Below the pieces are notes generated by a model that was given only the letters and a program-made list of their open reading frames with translations, was not told the DNA's origin and did not search any database. DNA of 63,855 bases, the filler included, from Nemertoderma westbladi (Eukaryota > Animalia > Xenacoelomorpha), in assembly GCA_032718475.1 (NCBI GenBank). It is 3 parts of 3 records of this genome, joined end to end, with 100 filler letters (N's around TTAATTAATTAA, not from the genome) between each part and the next. Parts side by side here need not be neighbours in the genome. Positions count along the whole stretch, not along the records: positions 1 to 27,513 come from JAUCBJ010002130.1; positions 27,614 to 54,282 come from JAUCBJ010001070.1; 1 more part is not named here. One strand, 5' to 3'. Positions within the stretch are counted from its first letter, which is position 1, and each line of letters starts with the position of its first letter. Shown here in pieces: positions 24,421 through 37,600 of the stretch. Position numbers and translations under genes: made by a program.

Positions 24421-25943
24421 TTACTTCCTCTATCCGGTTCGCTACGAAGGTTACAAAGGATCTTGATTCATTCGATAGTTGACATAGAACCACCTCTGAA
24501 TCCGAATAGAAGTAATTGTGGTCGATTTTTAGTTCCAATGCACTGATAACTTCTGCATGTTCTTTTACTGCCAGTACCGCTGCTGATAACTCCATCCTGG
24601 GAACAGTCTGTGAGGATATGGGTGGGCGTCTCATTCTATAATATATGGTAAAACACGTCTTCTTCAGGCCACCATTTTACTCCTAACACACATGTCAATG
24701 GCATTTCGTCCAAATCCAGATCGAGGACTCCTTTAGCCACTTTGTCGGCTGGTAACTGGTAAGTTGTTCAGGAACTCTCGTGAGTTGGACAAGAACTTGG
24801 TAGCATTAAATCCTCTGCATTTTAGACAGTCTATCAGATTGTACGCTAACAACACATCTTATTCCACAGTAGACTCGCCTGTTAGTCCATCATCCATGTA
24901 AAAACGTTTTTGAATTGTCTCATTAACATTAGCGGGATATCAGTGGGTGTTGTCACTTCCTGTCTTTCTAAGCGGGAAAGCCGTTGATAATGGGGCATCT
25001 GTGGTGCCAGACATCTTGGCATTTATTTGAATGTGTTTGTTCTCAGTTATGGATTTGGGTTCCTCCTGTCCATCATACCATAGGATAGATTGCGAGACTG
25101 CATCTTCGGGAAATACCCTAACTTGATGAAACATCACTTCTAGGTCTAAGCAGAAAGCAACAGGGTAGACCCGAAATTGCATTAGGATCGCCACATTTGT
25201 GTTGAATAGGTTGGGCCTGGCCATTTGTTCGGAGTTTAAACTATGTCCCTTCCAGGTTGCCGCTACATCCATCACCACCCATACTTTATTGTTCTTGTTC
25301 GGTTCCAGAACATAATGGGTCGGGATGTATCTTTGGGGGTTGGGATTTAGAATCTCTTCTTCCATTAGATATTGTCCTATCCTTTTGGTGATGAACCCTT
25401 CAATATTCTCTAAAAACTGTTCCAATTCGTTGGCGTTTTACGAAGTCTCGACTTTCTCCATCGCAAACGTTTGATCGCTACATCGATGTTTGGTGTGAGA
25501 GGTTTTTGTTTGTCCCTCCATAACATTGGTACATAATAATGTCCTTCCTGAAAGGTAGTATCTCATTCCATCATCTTCAGCGATTTTGTGTCTTCCACTG
25601 AGCGAAATTTATCTTTCGTTGGTATTTCAAAGTGTTCCAAATCCAAATACTGTAATAATTGTGTTTTCAGAATGGGTGTCAGGACAATTTCGCTGTAACA
25701 AGGGCACGTAGCTGCGTGTTCGTCTTCTTTTGGATCCTCCTGTACTACGGCGCTATAGCAGTTCGATGTTACAGGTAGGTATTGTAGTTCAAATTGTATT
25801 GTAGTTATGACCCATCTGAGGGATGTTAACTCTGCGTTTAATAGGGTTAAACCCGGTATTTGCTTTGAGAATGCTCTGTATTATAGTGGGGTATAAATTG
25901 TATACAGTGGACTTTTTTTACTAGCAAATATTTATTGAGAGAT

Positions 25944-27181
25944 TAATCTGTATCTCATAAGATTGTATTGTATAGAACCTAAGGGAGGGAATCTATGTCG
26001 CATAAAACTCATATACAACTGCAACCCTCGCATCTACAGTAGTACTGACAGAGGCATAATCAATAATTCTTACTGCAATTCTTAATTGCTTCCAGCATAT
26101 AACTTTGTAAAAACTCATAAAAACTACAATATGTATGGACATGGTATTATAATCTTTGTACTGTAGCAGTAATATTACGTTATATTATAGGCAACGACAG
26201 TCAGAGTTGTAGGGGGGTATGGAGGTTTACTTGCCCTTGGGCGCCTACCAAAAGGGGCGCCAATATGGCATTTTGGAGTTTTCAAAAATCACTCAAAATG
26301 TTTGACTTTAAACGTATTGCCTTATGGTTTTAGTTACATAATTTAAAGAACACTAATTAATTCTACCAAAATACATTCACAGTTCGTACATAATTGGTTC
26401 GGACCACAGAATCGTGATTGCAGAGATCAGACTCACTCAGACGACTCCCAGTACCTTGGGTCATGGATAGAGAGTACCAAAAAAGCCAGAAGTTAGGAAA
26501 GCAAAGGCATGGGTAGCTCAATCAAAAATGGATACCATCTGGAAATCAGATCACTCCAGGCACCTAAAGACTAAGTTCATTCGAGCCACAGTGGAAAGTG
26601 TACTTTTATACGGGAATGAGACGTGGACACTGATGAAATCACTTGCGCAAATAATTAACGTTTGCTACACAGGATTACTAATGGCAACCTTAAACATAGG
26701 CTGGAGACTATACATACATGTCAAATGCCGAGCATTATGGTACAATAACACGTGTATCAACCACCGTCCGTGGACACAGATTAAGATTCAGTGGTTGCTG
26801 CTGAAGAAGTAAAGACGAGGTCATATCAGATCTACTTTTCTGGCAACTAACACATTGAAAGCGTAGTCGTGGAAATAATATATATACAATATAGTATAAT
26901 ATATATATAATATATAATATACTATATGTAATATAATATAATATATATAATATAATATATATATAATATAGCGGCTATAATATATATATAGACCTGCTTG
27001 AAAAGGATTCTGAACTTGAGAGAAACGAAATTGCAACAACTATGGAGAATCGGGAAGCCTGGAAGGATCTGATTTCCACTGTCTGAACTCGCTCGACCTA
27101 GTAGTAGTTCATTCTCAGTTAGTCTAATAAAAAACATGAGAAGCAACCAATATAATGTACATGGTACATATAATTGGTATA
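25944..27181 (+). repeat. Composite repeat copy 2 (RTE family A fragment at about 26440-27108 with an AT expansion at 26874-26990)
   Basis: Direct repeat of 16934-18574 lacking the 17529-17993 insertion. Confidence 0.85.
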
Positions 27182-27317
27182 ATTCAGCATGGCAAAAATC
27201 ATTTAAAAAGATCAATATTAACACTCGTATTAAATTGTTGAATATTGATACTAAATGTTTGCCATAGAAGTGCAGTACGGTAACCTTTGTAAAATTATTA
27301 AACAAACCTTTCACGAG

Positions 27318-27440
27318 ATTATCCGCATCTTCAAAGCCAGTGTCCTTTACGATGCGTCTCAAGAAAGTCATGGGGTGTCCACATTACTTATTTTCTCCAT
27401 GGGGCTGCCAAAGGAAAGATTGTGCACTGACTGGTCGTCA
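27318..27440 (-). mobile_element. Short RTE family B fragment
   Basis: MTFLRRIVKDTGFEDAD matches the RTE-B C-terminus near 24260-24310. Confidence 0.7.
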
Positions 27441-27613
27441 TTGGACGTATTATGTGTGACTTCAAAATCCTAGAAAGCCCAATATCAATAAATAATAAAA
27501 ATATCAATCAATANNNNNNNNNNNNNNNNNNNNNNNNNNNNNNNNNNNNNNNNNNNNTTAATTAATTAANNNNNNNNNNNNNNNNNNNNNNNNNNNNNNN
27601 NNNNNNNNNNNNN

Positions 27614-28172
27614 CCCGACCAGTTTGGTTTATGTACGCGTCAGCCGCACCGTGTGATGAAAAAGGAGTTTGTTGTTCCGATGTTCTTAATAGTATAAAAT
27701 ATGTATAATATAGGTGATAGCATATAGCACAGTTCAGCAGTTGACCGGTAATTGAATAAGGTATATGGTTGGTGACGGCGGTGACGGTCTTAAAATGTCA
27801 CCGTACTGCCATGACTGAGTGACTGAGATAACTACTGAATGATAAACACCAACCGGTAATATACTGCTCTAGGTTGGCCGTATTACTCAGCTGATGCCCT
27901 GCTGTCCCCCCATTGGCTAGTAACCTACTTCTTGCCTTTACCTTTGCGGGAGTGTTTCCCCCCCCCCCCCCCCCCCCGCTGCTGTTACTCTCTCTCCTTG
28001 AGGTAGCTTGACCTCTAACCTCTATTGTGTGAGGCCCTTTGGGGTTTGTCGTCCCCGTTTATTGGGGGTGATACGAGGTTGATTGGCAATCAACCTCGTA
28101 CTCCCCAATATTGCTTAAAGGCCCTGCTTGTCCAACTTTATGGGGTGGTTAGCGGAATTGAATTCGCTAACA
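27614..28172 (-). repeat. Diverged LTR related to the 2242-2823 LTR, running into the scaffold gap
   Basis: Minus strand starts TGTTAGCGAATTCAATTCCGC and shares blocks such as GATTGCCAATCAACCTCGTATCACCCCCAATAAA and CAACAAACTCCTTTT. Confidence 0.9.
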
Positions 28173-30920
28173 TACGAGGTTGGGTGCAACTTCTGTTGGT
28201 GGGGTATAGGTGCGTTCCTGCACCAAAGCGCTCTGGTCGGAAGCACACGAGGTCATTGGCCTCCCAAGTAAATCAGAAGGTCTGTGAATTCCGAGAACTC
28301 CAACTGGATCATGGTCCACCTGAGAATGAGTGAGTACAGTGAATGCGTCCCCGTTCGCGGACAGTCAATGATGAAGAACCTCTAGCAGCAGAGGTGGCAC
28401 AGAAAATCGAGGATGGAGACATCAAAGGAGCAGTTCGCCTTGCCTCATCAACAACAACTATCGCACTGGATACACCAGAGAACCTTGCGACTCTTCGACT
28501 GAAGCATCCACCACGTCCTGCTGATTACCGCACTCCACCGCCTCCTTTACAATTACCCCGGCCCACTTGTTCAGATGCCACTATCAGGGACCTGCTGCGC
28601 ACTTTCCCTCCGGGAAGTGCAGGTGGGCCGGACGGTCTCAGACCCAAAATCTGGAAGGACCTCGTGGCCCTACTAATGGGGAAACTGGTAGGAGACTTCT
28701 CAACAAGCTCAGCCGTTTTATGGAGATTGTGTTAGCTGGGGAGATCCCACCACTAATTCGACCAATTTTCTATAGTGCTAATCTTTTCTCCTTCACCAAA
28801 GAAGACAATGGGATTCGACCTATAGTTGCTGGCCTTGCCATCCGCCGCCTTGCAGCCAAGTGTAACGGACTACGTGTGAGACAGCAGCGGTTGAACTCAC
28901 ATGGAGACGTCCAGGTTGGAATTGGTGCAATGAATGGGGCAGAAGTTGCAGCACACGCAACCCGCACCATGACTGCCACATCCAACTTACCAGGTTCAGT
29001 GCTACTCAAGGTAGACTTCAGTAATGCCTTTAATGCTGTCCGTAGGGATTCGATGCTAGAGATTGTCTACGAACGACTACCTGAGATCTATGACTACACG
29101 CTTGCCGCCTACGGGGAGCCAAGCTACCTCATCCATGGGAAACGTATCCTTCTTTCAGAGGAAGGATTTCAGCAATGGGATCCTGAAGGCCCGCCCCTAT
29201 TTGGCGACAGTACCATTGAGATGGCACAATCCCTTAGCTCCATATTTAATGTGTGGTATCTTGACGATGCCAACCTGGCTGACCAGTACCAGGTGGTACT
29301 ACAGGACCTCCGACGGATCATCAAGGATGGACACAAACTGGGGCTGTCCATTAACCCTAAGAAGAGTGAGCTCTTCTTTATTGGGGGAGAGAATGCCAGT
29401 AGCCGCAGCACAATCACAGCTGAGTTTGATGCATTATGTCCTGGTATCAAGGTCCCACCCCTTGATGAACTTACAATACTAGGGGCGCCCCTCAGCCAAA
29501 ACTCACTTGAGAAGTGCCTGCGTAATAAGATTGGGGACCTTAATACACTTTCTGCCCGTTTGCCTCTACTTGATTCACACCATGCTTTTTACCTGTTAAA
29601 GAACTGTCTCGCAATGCCCCGGCTGATATTCTTTCTCCGGACTGCTCCATGCTTCACCCACCCCGATCTTCTGGGGGAGTATGACCAGACACTCAGGGAT
29701 GCACTACAGACAGTAACGAACTGCTGCATTAACGACCAGTCATGGGACCAAGCTTGCCTACCAGCACAGTTGGGGGCCTGGGACTGAGTTCCGCATGTAA
29801 GCTCGCACCATCCGCCTTTTTGGCTTCAGTGGCTGCATGTGCTCCTCTTTCAGACCGCCTATTTATTACAACTCAAGTGACTCCCAACTCTGACAAACTT
29901 GTTGATCTTGCCACCAGATATCGCGTAGCCCAGCTACCAGCCAATACATCACCATCAACCGCCACAAGACCGCACTCATTGATAACAGAGGTGCATGAGG
30001 CTAGCTTGGAAGCCCTCCATGAAGAGGCATCACCCTCAGACCGAGCCAGGCTCAACAGTGTCTCCAACCCAATCTCCAGCTTCTGGATGGATGCCATACC
30101 TTCATAGGCCTTGGGGCTGAAGCTTAGTGATACACAGTTCCGGATTGCCATTGCCATCCAACTTGGCTGTCGTGTAACCGACCCTCACCCCTGCACCCGT
30201 TGTGGGTCTCCCGTTGCAGCTAATGGGCTCCATGGCCTTTCCTGCCAACGGAGCGCTGTACGTTTTCCCAGGCACACCATGATTAATGAAATTGTAAAGC
30301 GTGCTCTCACTACCTGCGACATCCCCACCATGTTGGAGCCCCCGGGTCTGTGCCGCATTGATGGCAAAAGAGTCGATGGAGTCACCCTAGTGCCGTGGTC
30401 CAGAGGAAGAACACTAACATGGGACGCAACTGTGGTGGACCCCCTGGCAGCCAGCCATATATCTCGTACACTCTCTTCTGGTGGAGGAAGCGCAGCCGAG
30501 GAAGCGGAGGTCTGGAAGAACAAGAAGTATGGTGAACTGATGGACAGAGGCTACCTGTTCCGTCCAGTAGCCTTTGAAACGATGGGCCGGGCAGGACCTG
30601 AAACAGAAGAGTTCCTGGCAGAGATAGGGTCGAGGCTAAGAGACTCAACCAAAAAGCCTCGCTCCCACTTGTTCCTCCTGCAGAGGTTGCTGGTCGCAAT
30701 CCAGATGGGTAATGCGGCATCCATCCTTGGTACCATCAGTGAGGCGGGGGATGGACTGATGGACCTTCTAGGATGATTTGCATCTTATGTTTGTGATTTC
30801 TGTTAACTCTAAATGTTATCTTATTTACAGTTAGCTATAACATTTCTAGAACATAGTTACTATACTATGTGAAAGATTGACTTTTTACTTAAAATTTTCC
30901 ACGTTTATGATAAAAGTCTC
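28173..30920 (+). mobile_element. CRE-clade non-LTR retrotransposon (RT + CCHC + restriction-like endonuclease), few lesions, 5' end cut by the LTR
   Basis: GSAGGPDGLRP, GIRPIVAG, KVDFSNAFNAVRR, WYLDD, GGLGL, CTRC..HGLSC, RHTMIN, RVDGVTLVPWSRGRTLTWDAT, AEEAE..KNKKY. Confidence 0.88.
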
Positions 30921-31279
30921 TAATTTCATTGATGATGTTCTTTACATCGAATGTATTTTATAATATTAAAGGGAGTCGTCTTCATTTTTATATAATATTT
31001 GTTAACGAAATTAATCAATAATAGATTGAACAACGCAATGCTACAAGTTTTAAGAAATAATATCACGATTTGACTGTGAATGGAAGTGTTTTAATGTCGT
31101 ACTCCAAATACTTCTTACAGTTCGGCAATATCATCTACGAGTTAAATATAAAAAAAATTTAATTCGTAACTCCATGTTGTACGTTATTACCAAAAATTGT
31201 TTACTGTAAGAAAAAATTATAATTTTAAGTTCACTCAACCCATCGATATCAATGTCATCCACTCATCTACAGCTTTGGA

Positions 31280-33330
31280 TACCCTTCGAAATGGATTCTA
31301 CGTAAAATTTTACATATATAGTGAAAAAATGGTGCTTTCCTCACCTTTGTCGTGATTTTTTCCCTAAGCCACCTGTACCTACACAGTCCTACCCGCACTC
31401 ACCGGTACTCAATATACAGTGAATGTATACTTATCCTGCTTCCACATGATAGAGTTGGGTACTGTACATACTTTCTCAATAGTGCAGTCTCAATACTGTG
31501 CATAAAAGATATTTCTTTACCGTTACAGTCCCTATCTCATTCTGAATAATATTTCTCAAACTGGGTATCATTTCTCAAACCTTTTACTAATGATAGTCAA
31601 CGGAGAATTTCAAAAGGTAAGACTGGGGTAAGAGTTGAGAAATCAGAAAGATGCAGCCAGCTCAATCTAACTCAAACTAGAGTCTGGCGCCATGGTTTGA
31701 GTTAGGTTGACTTCCAAATGTGCCATACTCAGCATTACTCTTCCTGTACGGGATGGATAATTACTCTGGTTGAGTGAGGCACCACCACATGGGGAAGGGG
31801 CCTCTGTCTGTTGCTTGGGCTCTTGAGTTAATGGGTTGAATTACATAAGCTGGGCAGGCCGGCTTGCCTGTGTCTCATAAAAGACATGTCAATCACGCAG
31901 TTCCTTTGTGGGCTCTACTAAATGTATGTTGTTAACTAAACCACACTGGCTCGGTCTGTTTGTAGAGAAGTTTTAATTCTGGGAATATTGTTGTGGGAAA
32001 TTGGTGCTCTGTTGTCTGTCTGTTTGATGTAAATTGGTGCCTTACAAGACATATCAGTTTAAAAATCTAATGGTTAAATAAGAATTATTAGTGCATATGG
32101 GACCTCGGATTCCCCGTACTTAGTTCCAATTTAAGCCTCATGCGAATTTAGTTCCAATGGAAACGAATTTAGTTCCAATTTAGGCGAACTTAGTTCCAAT
32201 AACTGGAGAAAAACGAAAACGAATTTAGTTCCAATGGATGCGAATTTAGTTCCAATGGATGTGAATTTAGCTCCAATGGATGCGAATTTAGTTCCAATCC
32301 CAGAATATCAAAACGAACTTAGTTCCAATGCATGCGAATTTAGTTCCAATGGATGCGAATTTAGTTCCAATGGAAGCGAATTTAGTTCCAAAGGGGCGAG
32401 CCACGTAGTTGGCGAAGAATCTGTTTAATGACACTATTAAGAGGCTGGTTAAACAATAATTGTAAATAACTAACCCAAAACGCCCAACCTCCTAACGAAA
32501 ACAATCTTATCCCAAACAACGCCCAAGCTCATAACCCAAACTACGCCCAACCTCCTAACCCAAACAACGCCCATCCACCTAAACCGAGGTTTCCTCTGGC
32601 CCCTTTGCCCGGTATACCCACCCCACACCCGGATGTATTGCGAATAATTGTGTTGACGATGTAATAGAGAATTAAACATTAGTAAAACATTAGTAAAACA
32701 TTAAAGTTAAACATTAGAAACATTAGCGAAATATACGCGACATTAAATTAAATTTATAAAATTGGTTGGTTATATTATATGGTTTATTTTAATTTAAAAT
32801 AACGTTAATATGTTATGAGTCATACATACTTAATAAATGTAATAAAAAATTAATAAATCTTCAGTTTAACAATTTAGCATATAATTTTTTTATTCTGAAA
32901 TTTAAAAATAAATTGAGTCACTGAGTCTGCAACTTAATTCTCACTATCTACTGGAGTTAATTACACACAAACAAATCAAGTTTAGGGAATGTTATAACAG
33001 CAGGAGACCATCAAACCCGTAGGCAGAGTATAACAGAAGCGAGTGGGCCATTAAACACAGACAGCTTATGTTGTATGAATGCTACACAGTGCACAGTGGG
33101 TGGTTATGCGAGTTTGAGTTGGGTTTGAGTAAACCAGACAGGTTTGAGTTAGTAAGAGTGAGGTAAGAGAAAAGGTACCCAGTTTGAGAAACAGTATCTA
33201 GAATGAGATAGGGACTGTAGTTCTGTAATAAGAAATGTTACTTTCTTTCCCTACCGTATATGTCCTAGAGTGGTAGGTAGAGCAGGTAGATAAAATTATG
33301 GAAACTAAAAATCCATCTAAAATCATTGTA
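31280..33330. mobile_element. Old foldback/MITE-like element with long diverged inverted arms
   Basis: CCCTATCTCATTCT..TTTCTCAAACTGGGTA (about 31530-31568) is inverted at about 33176-33214; boundaries are approximate. Confidence 0.55.
32119..32391. repeat. About 21-bp minisatellite (GCGAATTTAGTTCCAATGGAT)
   Basis: Repeated TTAGTTCCAAT cores. Confidence 0.85.
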
Positions 33331-33936
33331 AAACAATAACAATCGAATAATCTGTTTTTAATTTTCCAATACAGAAATGCCAAAACCATGGCATAAAAAA
33401 ATTTATAAATTCCACCACAATCCATCTATCCAAAACCACCTGTAACTCGAAAAGTAAGATAAGATAAGTATAAACCATTTTCAGATTTAAATGCGTGATC
33501 ATATTGGAGTCTAGAAATGGCAAAAAAAATATATTTTTTGTACCTTGGTAGCCCCCCCCCCCCCCCCTCCCTCTCCCAAATCTATTTATAAGTAATATTT
33601 GTTACATTTAAATTATAAAAAAAATTATAAATATACGTATTTTTAGTTAGCTTTTATTCTTCACTTATCTGTTTGGACATTTTTTACAGAATATGTGGCT
33701 TCAGAAATGAAATGTTACCTTTATTGGTACTATTTTACCTTATGTGTCATATTTGACACATCTGGCCTTTCTAGTAACTTTTTAAAATTTTCATAGTAGA
33801 GATAGCTGTAAAAAAAATTTACTCCATGAGCTTGAAGAACTTTCTAAAGTAGTAAGACTTCGGAAAATGTGTGCCTTTGGGAGGCATGGCCAAAGTCGGA
33901 TTTGTATCAAAAAGACACACTGGCCTTTCTAGTGTT

Positions 33937-34154
33937 AACACTAGAGGCAAAAGTCGATATTCCGATTGGGAAGCGCATACACTATAGCGAAACACTAGAG
34001 GCAAAAGTCGATATTCCGATTGGGAAGCGCATACACTATAGCGAAACACTAGAGGCAAAAGTCGATATTCCGATTGGGAAGCGCATACACTATAGCGAAA
34101 CACTAGAGGCAAAAGTCGATATTCCGATTGGGAAGCGCATACACTATAGCGAAA
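33937..34154. repeat. 54-bp tandem repeat, 4 identical copies
   Basis: AACACTAGAGGCAAAAGTCGATATTCCGATTGGGAAGCGCATACACTATAGCGA x4. Confidence 0.95.
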
Positions 34155-34688
34155 TGTGAGCACTCATTACCCGAACTCATGTCTATCATCAATTACCAGT
34201 ACAATCATAAACATCATTTCTCGCGGTTGAGTCGTATGGCCCCTCTAAATGTGCACAAATGTCAGGCGAACTAATATAGGATTCACGGCTCGTCAGGAGA
34301 GGATGAGAGAGTTCTTGGGTTACTAACTCATTAAATGTATGTGTATTCCATCAATTCGTTTTAATTATGCATCATTTATTCCTGTCGTTGATTTAGCCGT
34401 ATTTTTTTTTTATTCATTAAATGATGCTATGGTATGGTGCGTTTTACTTGTCGTGTCGCCAGAGAGCGAATTAAATGAAATTATTATTATTTGCTCTGCT
34501 TTTTTTGAAATTGAAAATTTTTATAAAAACGATCAAATTTTAAAAACACCGCAGGTTTGCAATTGGAATCTAGTCTGTATTTATAACTGTCTTTAATAGG
34601 GTGGTAGTGCAGGAGTTTTATCGCCCCGATTAGAAAAGATGTTACTTATTGTTACTATTAAAGTAATGGAACACTGCGACACCCTTAA

Positions 34689-37600
34689 GGGGGGGGGTAC
34701 ACCATTTTGGTCCAAAATATGTCGAAATTTTTTGTATGGTCTATTATAATGCACCATTGAATGGTGTTTCCATGTAAATTTCCATTTAGGGAATCCTTTT
34801 GAAATTACTATTACTATGTATAATGAAAGGTCGATTATCTCCAAATTTTTTTTTCATGAAATTGTCAACTTCAAAACCCTACTACTTCTACAATTTTTGA
34901 GTAATTAGTCTGAAACTTCCTGTGGGTGTCTAGATAGCCACCCTGCATAAAAGTATCAGGCAACTTTTCGAAATTTTTTGTTAATAAAATTTAATACTAT
35001 TTATAAAAAACCTAAAAATTAGCATAAATTTGCAGCGCCACCTAGCGGTGCAGAATTATTTTCACAAAATTTCGCCTGATAGTTATGTTGCCCCATCTTT
35101 GATCTATCATATAAAAAAACTTTCATGTGATTAGGTTCAAAACTGTAAAAGCCTTAGGGTTTTAAGCACAACCAAGTTTTTTTTATTGTTAACTAGTATT
35201 AACTAATATTAAATAGCGGAAAATTTTTTTTTTCAGACCTGTCATGTAGAATAGCATCATACCCTGCAAACCATAGCAACATTAAAATAATGTTTATTAA
35301 CATCTTTATTCAAATAATAAAATATTAAAATTCAAATGTTAAACTAATGCCAGTTTTAATATTTTTTTGGCAAAGCGCTCGGACCCTGTGCAATAAAAGT
35401 GCACTTTCGGCAGTATTCGGTAACCAATGTTAATCAGTGTTATTTTAACATTGGAATTCTAATAGTTTGTAAATTTCCCACCCTTAACATTCTAATGTTA
35501 TTCTAACATTAAGCTAATATTGGAATTATTTCATAGTATTCTCATAGCATTCCTGATTTAGTTTCTCACTATTTTCTCATTATTATTCTAACATTAGTAC
35601 ATCAATACTAAAACATTATGATTTTAATGTTATTAAATGCATGGTATCTTGTAAATAAGCCTACATAGAGTTCCCATATAAACACGGTTATTTCTATAAA
35701 TGCAATAACTTAATACACCTGAACAAAATTGGTGCGGTTTGTTTTATAATATTACAGAATAAAAATGGGTAAAAACGCTATTTATTAATATTATAATCAT
35801 AATATGAATAATAATATTAGCATTATGTGTACACCCGTTGAAAATATGGAAATGAAATCCACCAACCCAAGACGCAATGCTTTATCTTATTATCTTATAC
35901 AGTAGTAAATATCTAACAACAGTAATTTACAATAACGTCTGGTTAATCCCCAATGTAGTGCTAATCTCGTAGGTATAAAAACACAGAACGTTCCGATACC
36001 TAATAGTACAATCTATTACAATTGTATTATTAATTTATAAGATATTACAAGAAACAAACAATTAAAATTTGATATAAATAAAGGTTGACCTATTTTATGC
36101 ACATGTAGGCCTATACAGTATAAGTTCTTATAAGTCCAATCAAAAGTTAAATTCCAGTCTCTATTTCGTTTTCTATCTTTTCGATTGCGATACACTCCTC
36201 ACCTCCTCCAACTTTTCTAGCACTGTAAAGTAATTAAGATTATATTAATTAAGATTACATTATTAGATTACCATAATATTAAGTTGACAGCGACATGGTA
36301 TTCCGTCATATAAGTTAATAAAATTATGTTATAGATACTCAAACCTAAACCAACCCACCCACATACATAATATTTAACACACAAATCCTCACCACAATTA
36401 TTTATCTAATACAAAACTAATCTTTCATTATATATACACATATATCATAATCTATACATTATAATATAATTATACATAATATATATATATATAGTTCAGT
36501 GAGAAAGCTAGAAGAAATTTAATTGAAATTTAATTTAAATTTGTATCTCATGACTGAGCCTCGTGCTGCACGAAGGCCCCACGGACGTGTTTTGTTAGGT
36601 TATTATGTTACGAGCTTCAAACTATAGCAGTTCTTCCTAGGGTACAGAATAAAGTTATTTACTTTACTTTCTTTACATAAAATGAAACACAATAATATTA
36701 TGTTCAAATTATCCTACTGCGTGAATGTGGGGCGAGCCACGAAAGTAAGCGTTCTCTAGATCTGTGGGTCTGTGTTTTTAAATGTGAATAACTCGGCTAA
36801 ATCTCGATGAAATCTAATCCAACTTAGTACACATGTTGTTTGGCAAAAGTTTATCAATTTTCCAAATAGAATTTGCGTGGGGTCTTCAGGATGAGCTAAT
36901 GAAGGAGACTAGTATTATGTTGAATATACTTGCAACTTTAGTACAGAATATCGGACGATATGTCAATTTGATAGCACCGGTGGTGGAATGTCTTATGCTA
37001 GTTATTTAACAATAACTCGTAAACAACCTGGTTGAGACGGTGTGTCATTTTATCCAATATTGCCAAAGGAAGGTTTTAAGGCATATATTTGGTGACCAGG
37101 TTGTATAGGACGAACGCAACAAGTTTTGTAGTGGATACAAGTATCCATCTTCTATAAATCGTGTTAAGGCAGGTTAAATACTCAAGTCAAGTTAAAATAG
37201 TTAAAAAGCGTGTATGGTTCAACTGAAATGGACCTCTGTTTTTTACAACTAGTTTATGCATCACTGATTGATATCTTGGAAATGACGGTTTTCGTTTATC
37301 TAATAGAGATTAGTAACTTTCTTATAGACTTTCGAGCTGCGCGAAGGCCCTACAATGTGTCAATAAATGTCAGAAATAAATAAATCAATGTCATATACCA
37401 ACTTGCATTAGCGTCAATGTACTGTATGCATACCGGCGTAGCCTATATGTACTGTAACAATTCCATATCGGTATGTAACAAATATGAAAAATTGCCTAAC
37501 CTTTAAAACATCTTAGAATGATTAATTTTCCCGATGGCATGTCTAGCGGTTTTTCCATATTTCTTGGCGTATGTGCTTCCATCCATCGTGCACAGATGGC

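Larger units (their letters stand above)
20829..25860 (-). mobile_element. Decayed BEL/Pao pol (protease end, RT, RNase H, integrase) with RTE insertions
   Basis: YIPTHYV..VWVVMDVAA..DLEVMFHQV; TVPRMELSAA..YSDSEVVL..FVANR; NPADCVSRG; PFTYCGVDLF; INSRSL..LTSNHLL..QWRMGRV. Confidence 0.9.

Noticed and set aside
25839-25850. TAATAGGGTTAA as the right end of a 12-kb piggyBac starting at 13701
   Set aside because: Only 8 bp match beyond TTAA, and it lies within BEL coding remnants.
27514-27612. N-run with central TTAATTAATTAA (also at 54283-54382)
   Set aside because: The same spacer occurs at both gaps; it is an assembly linker, not biology.
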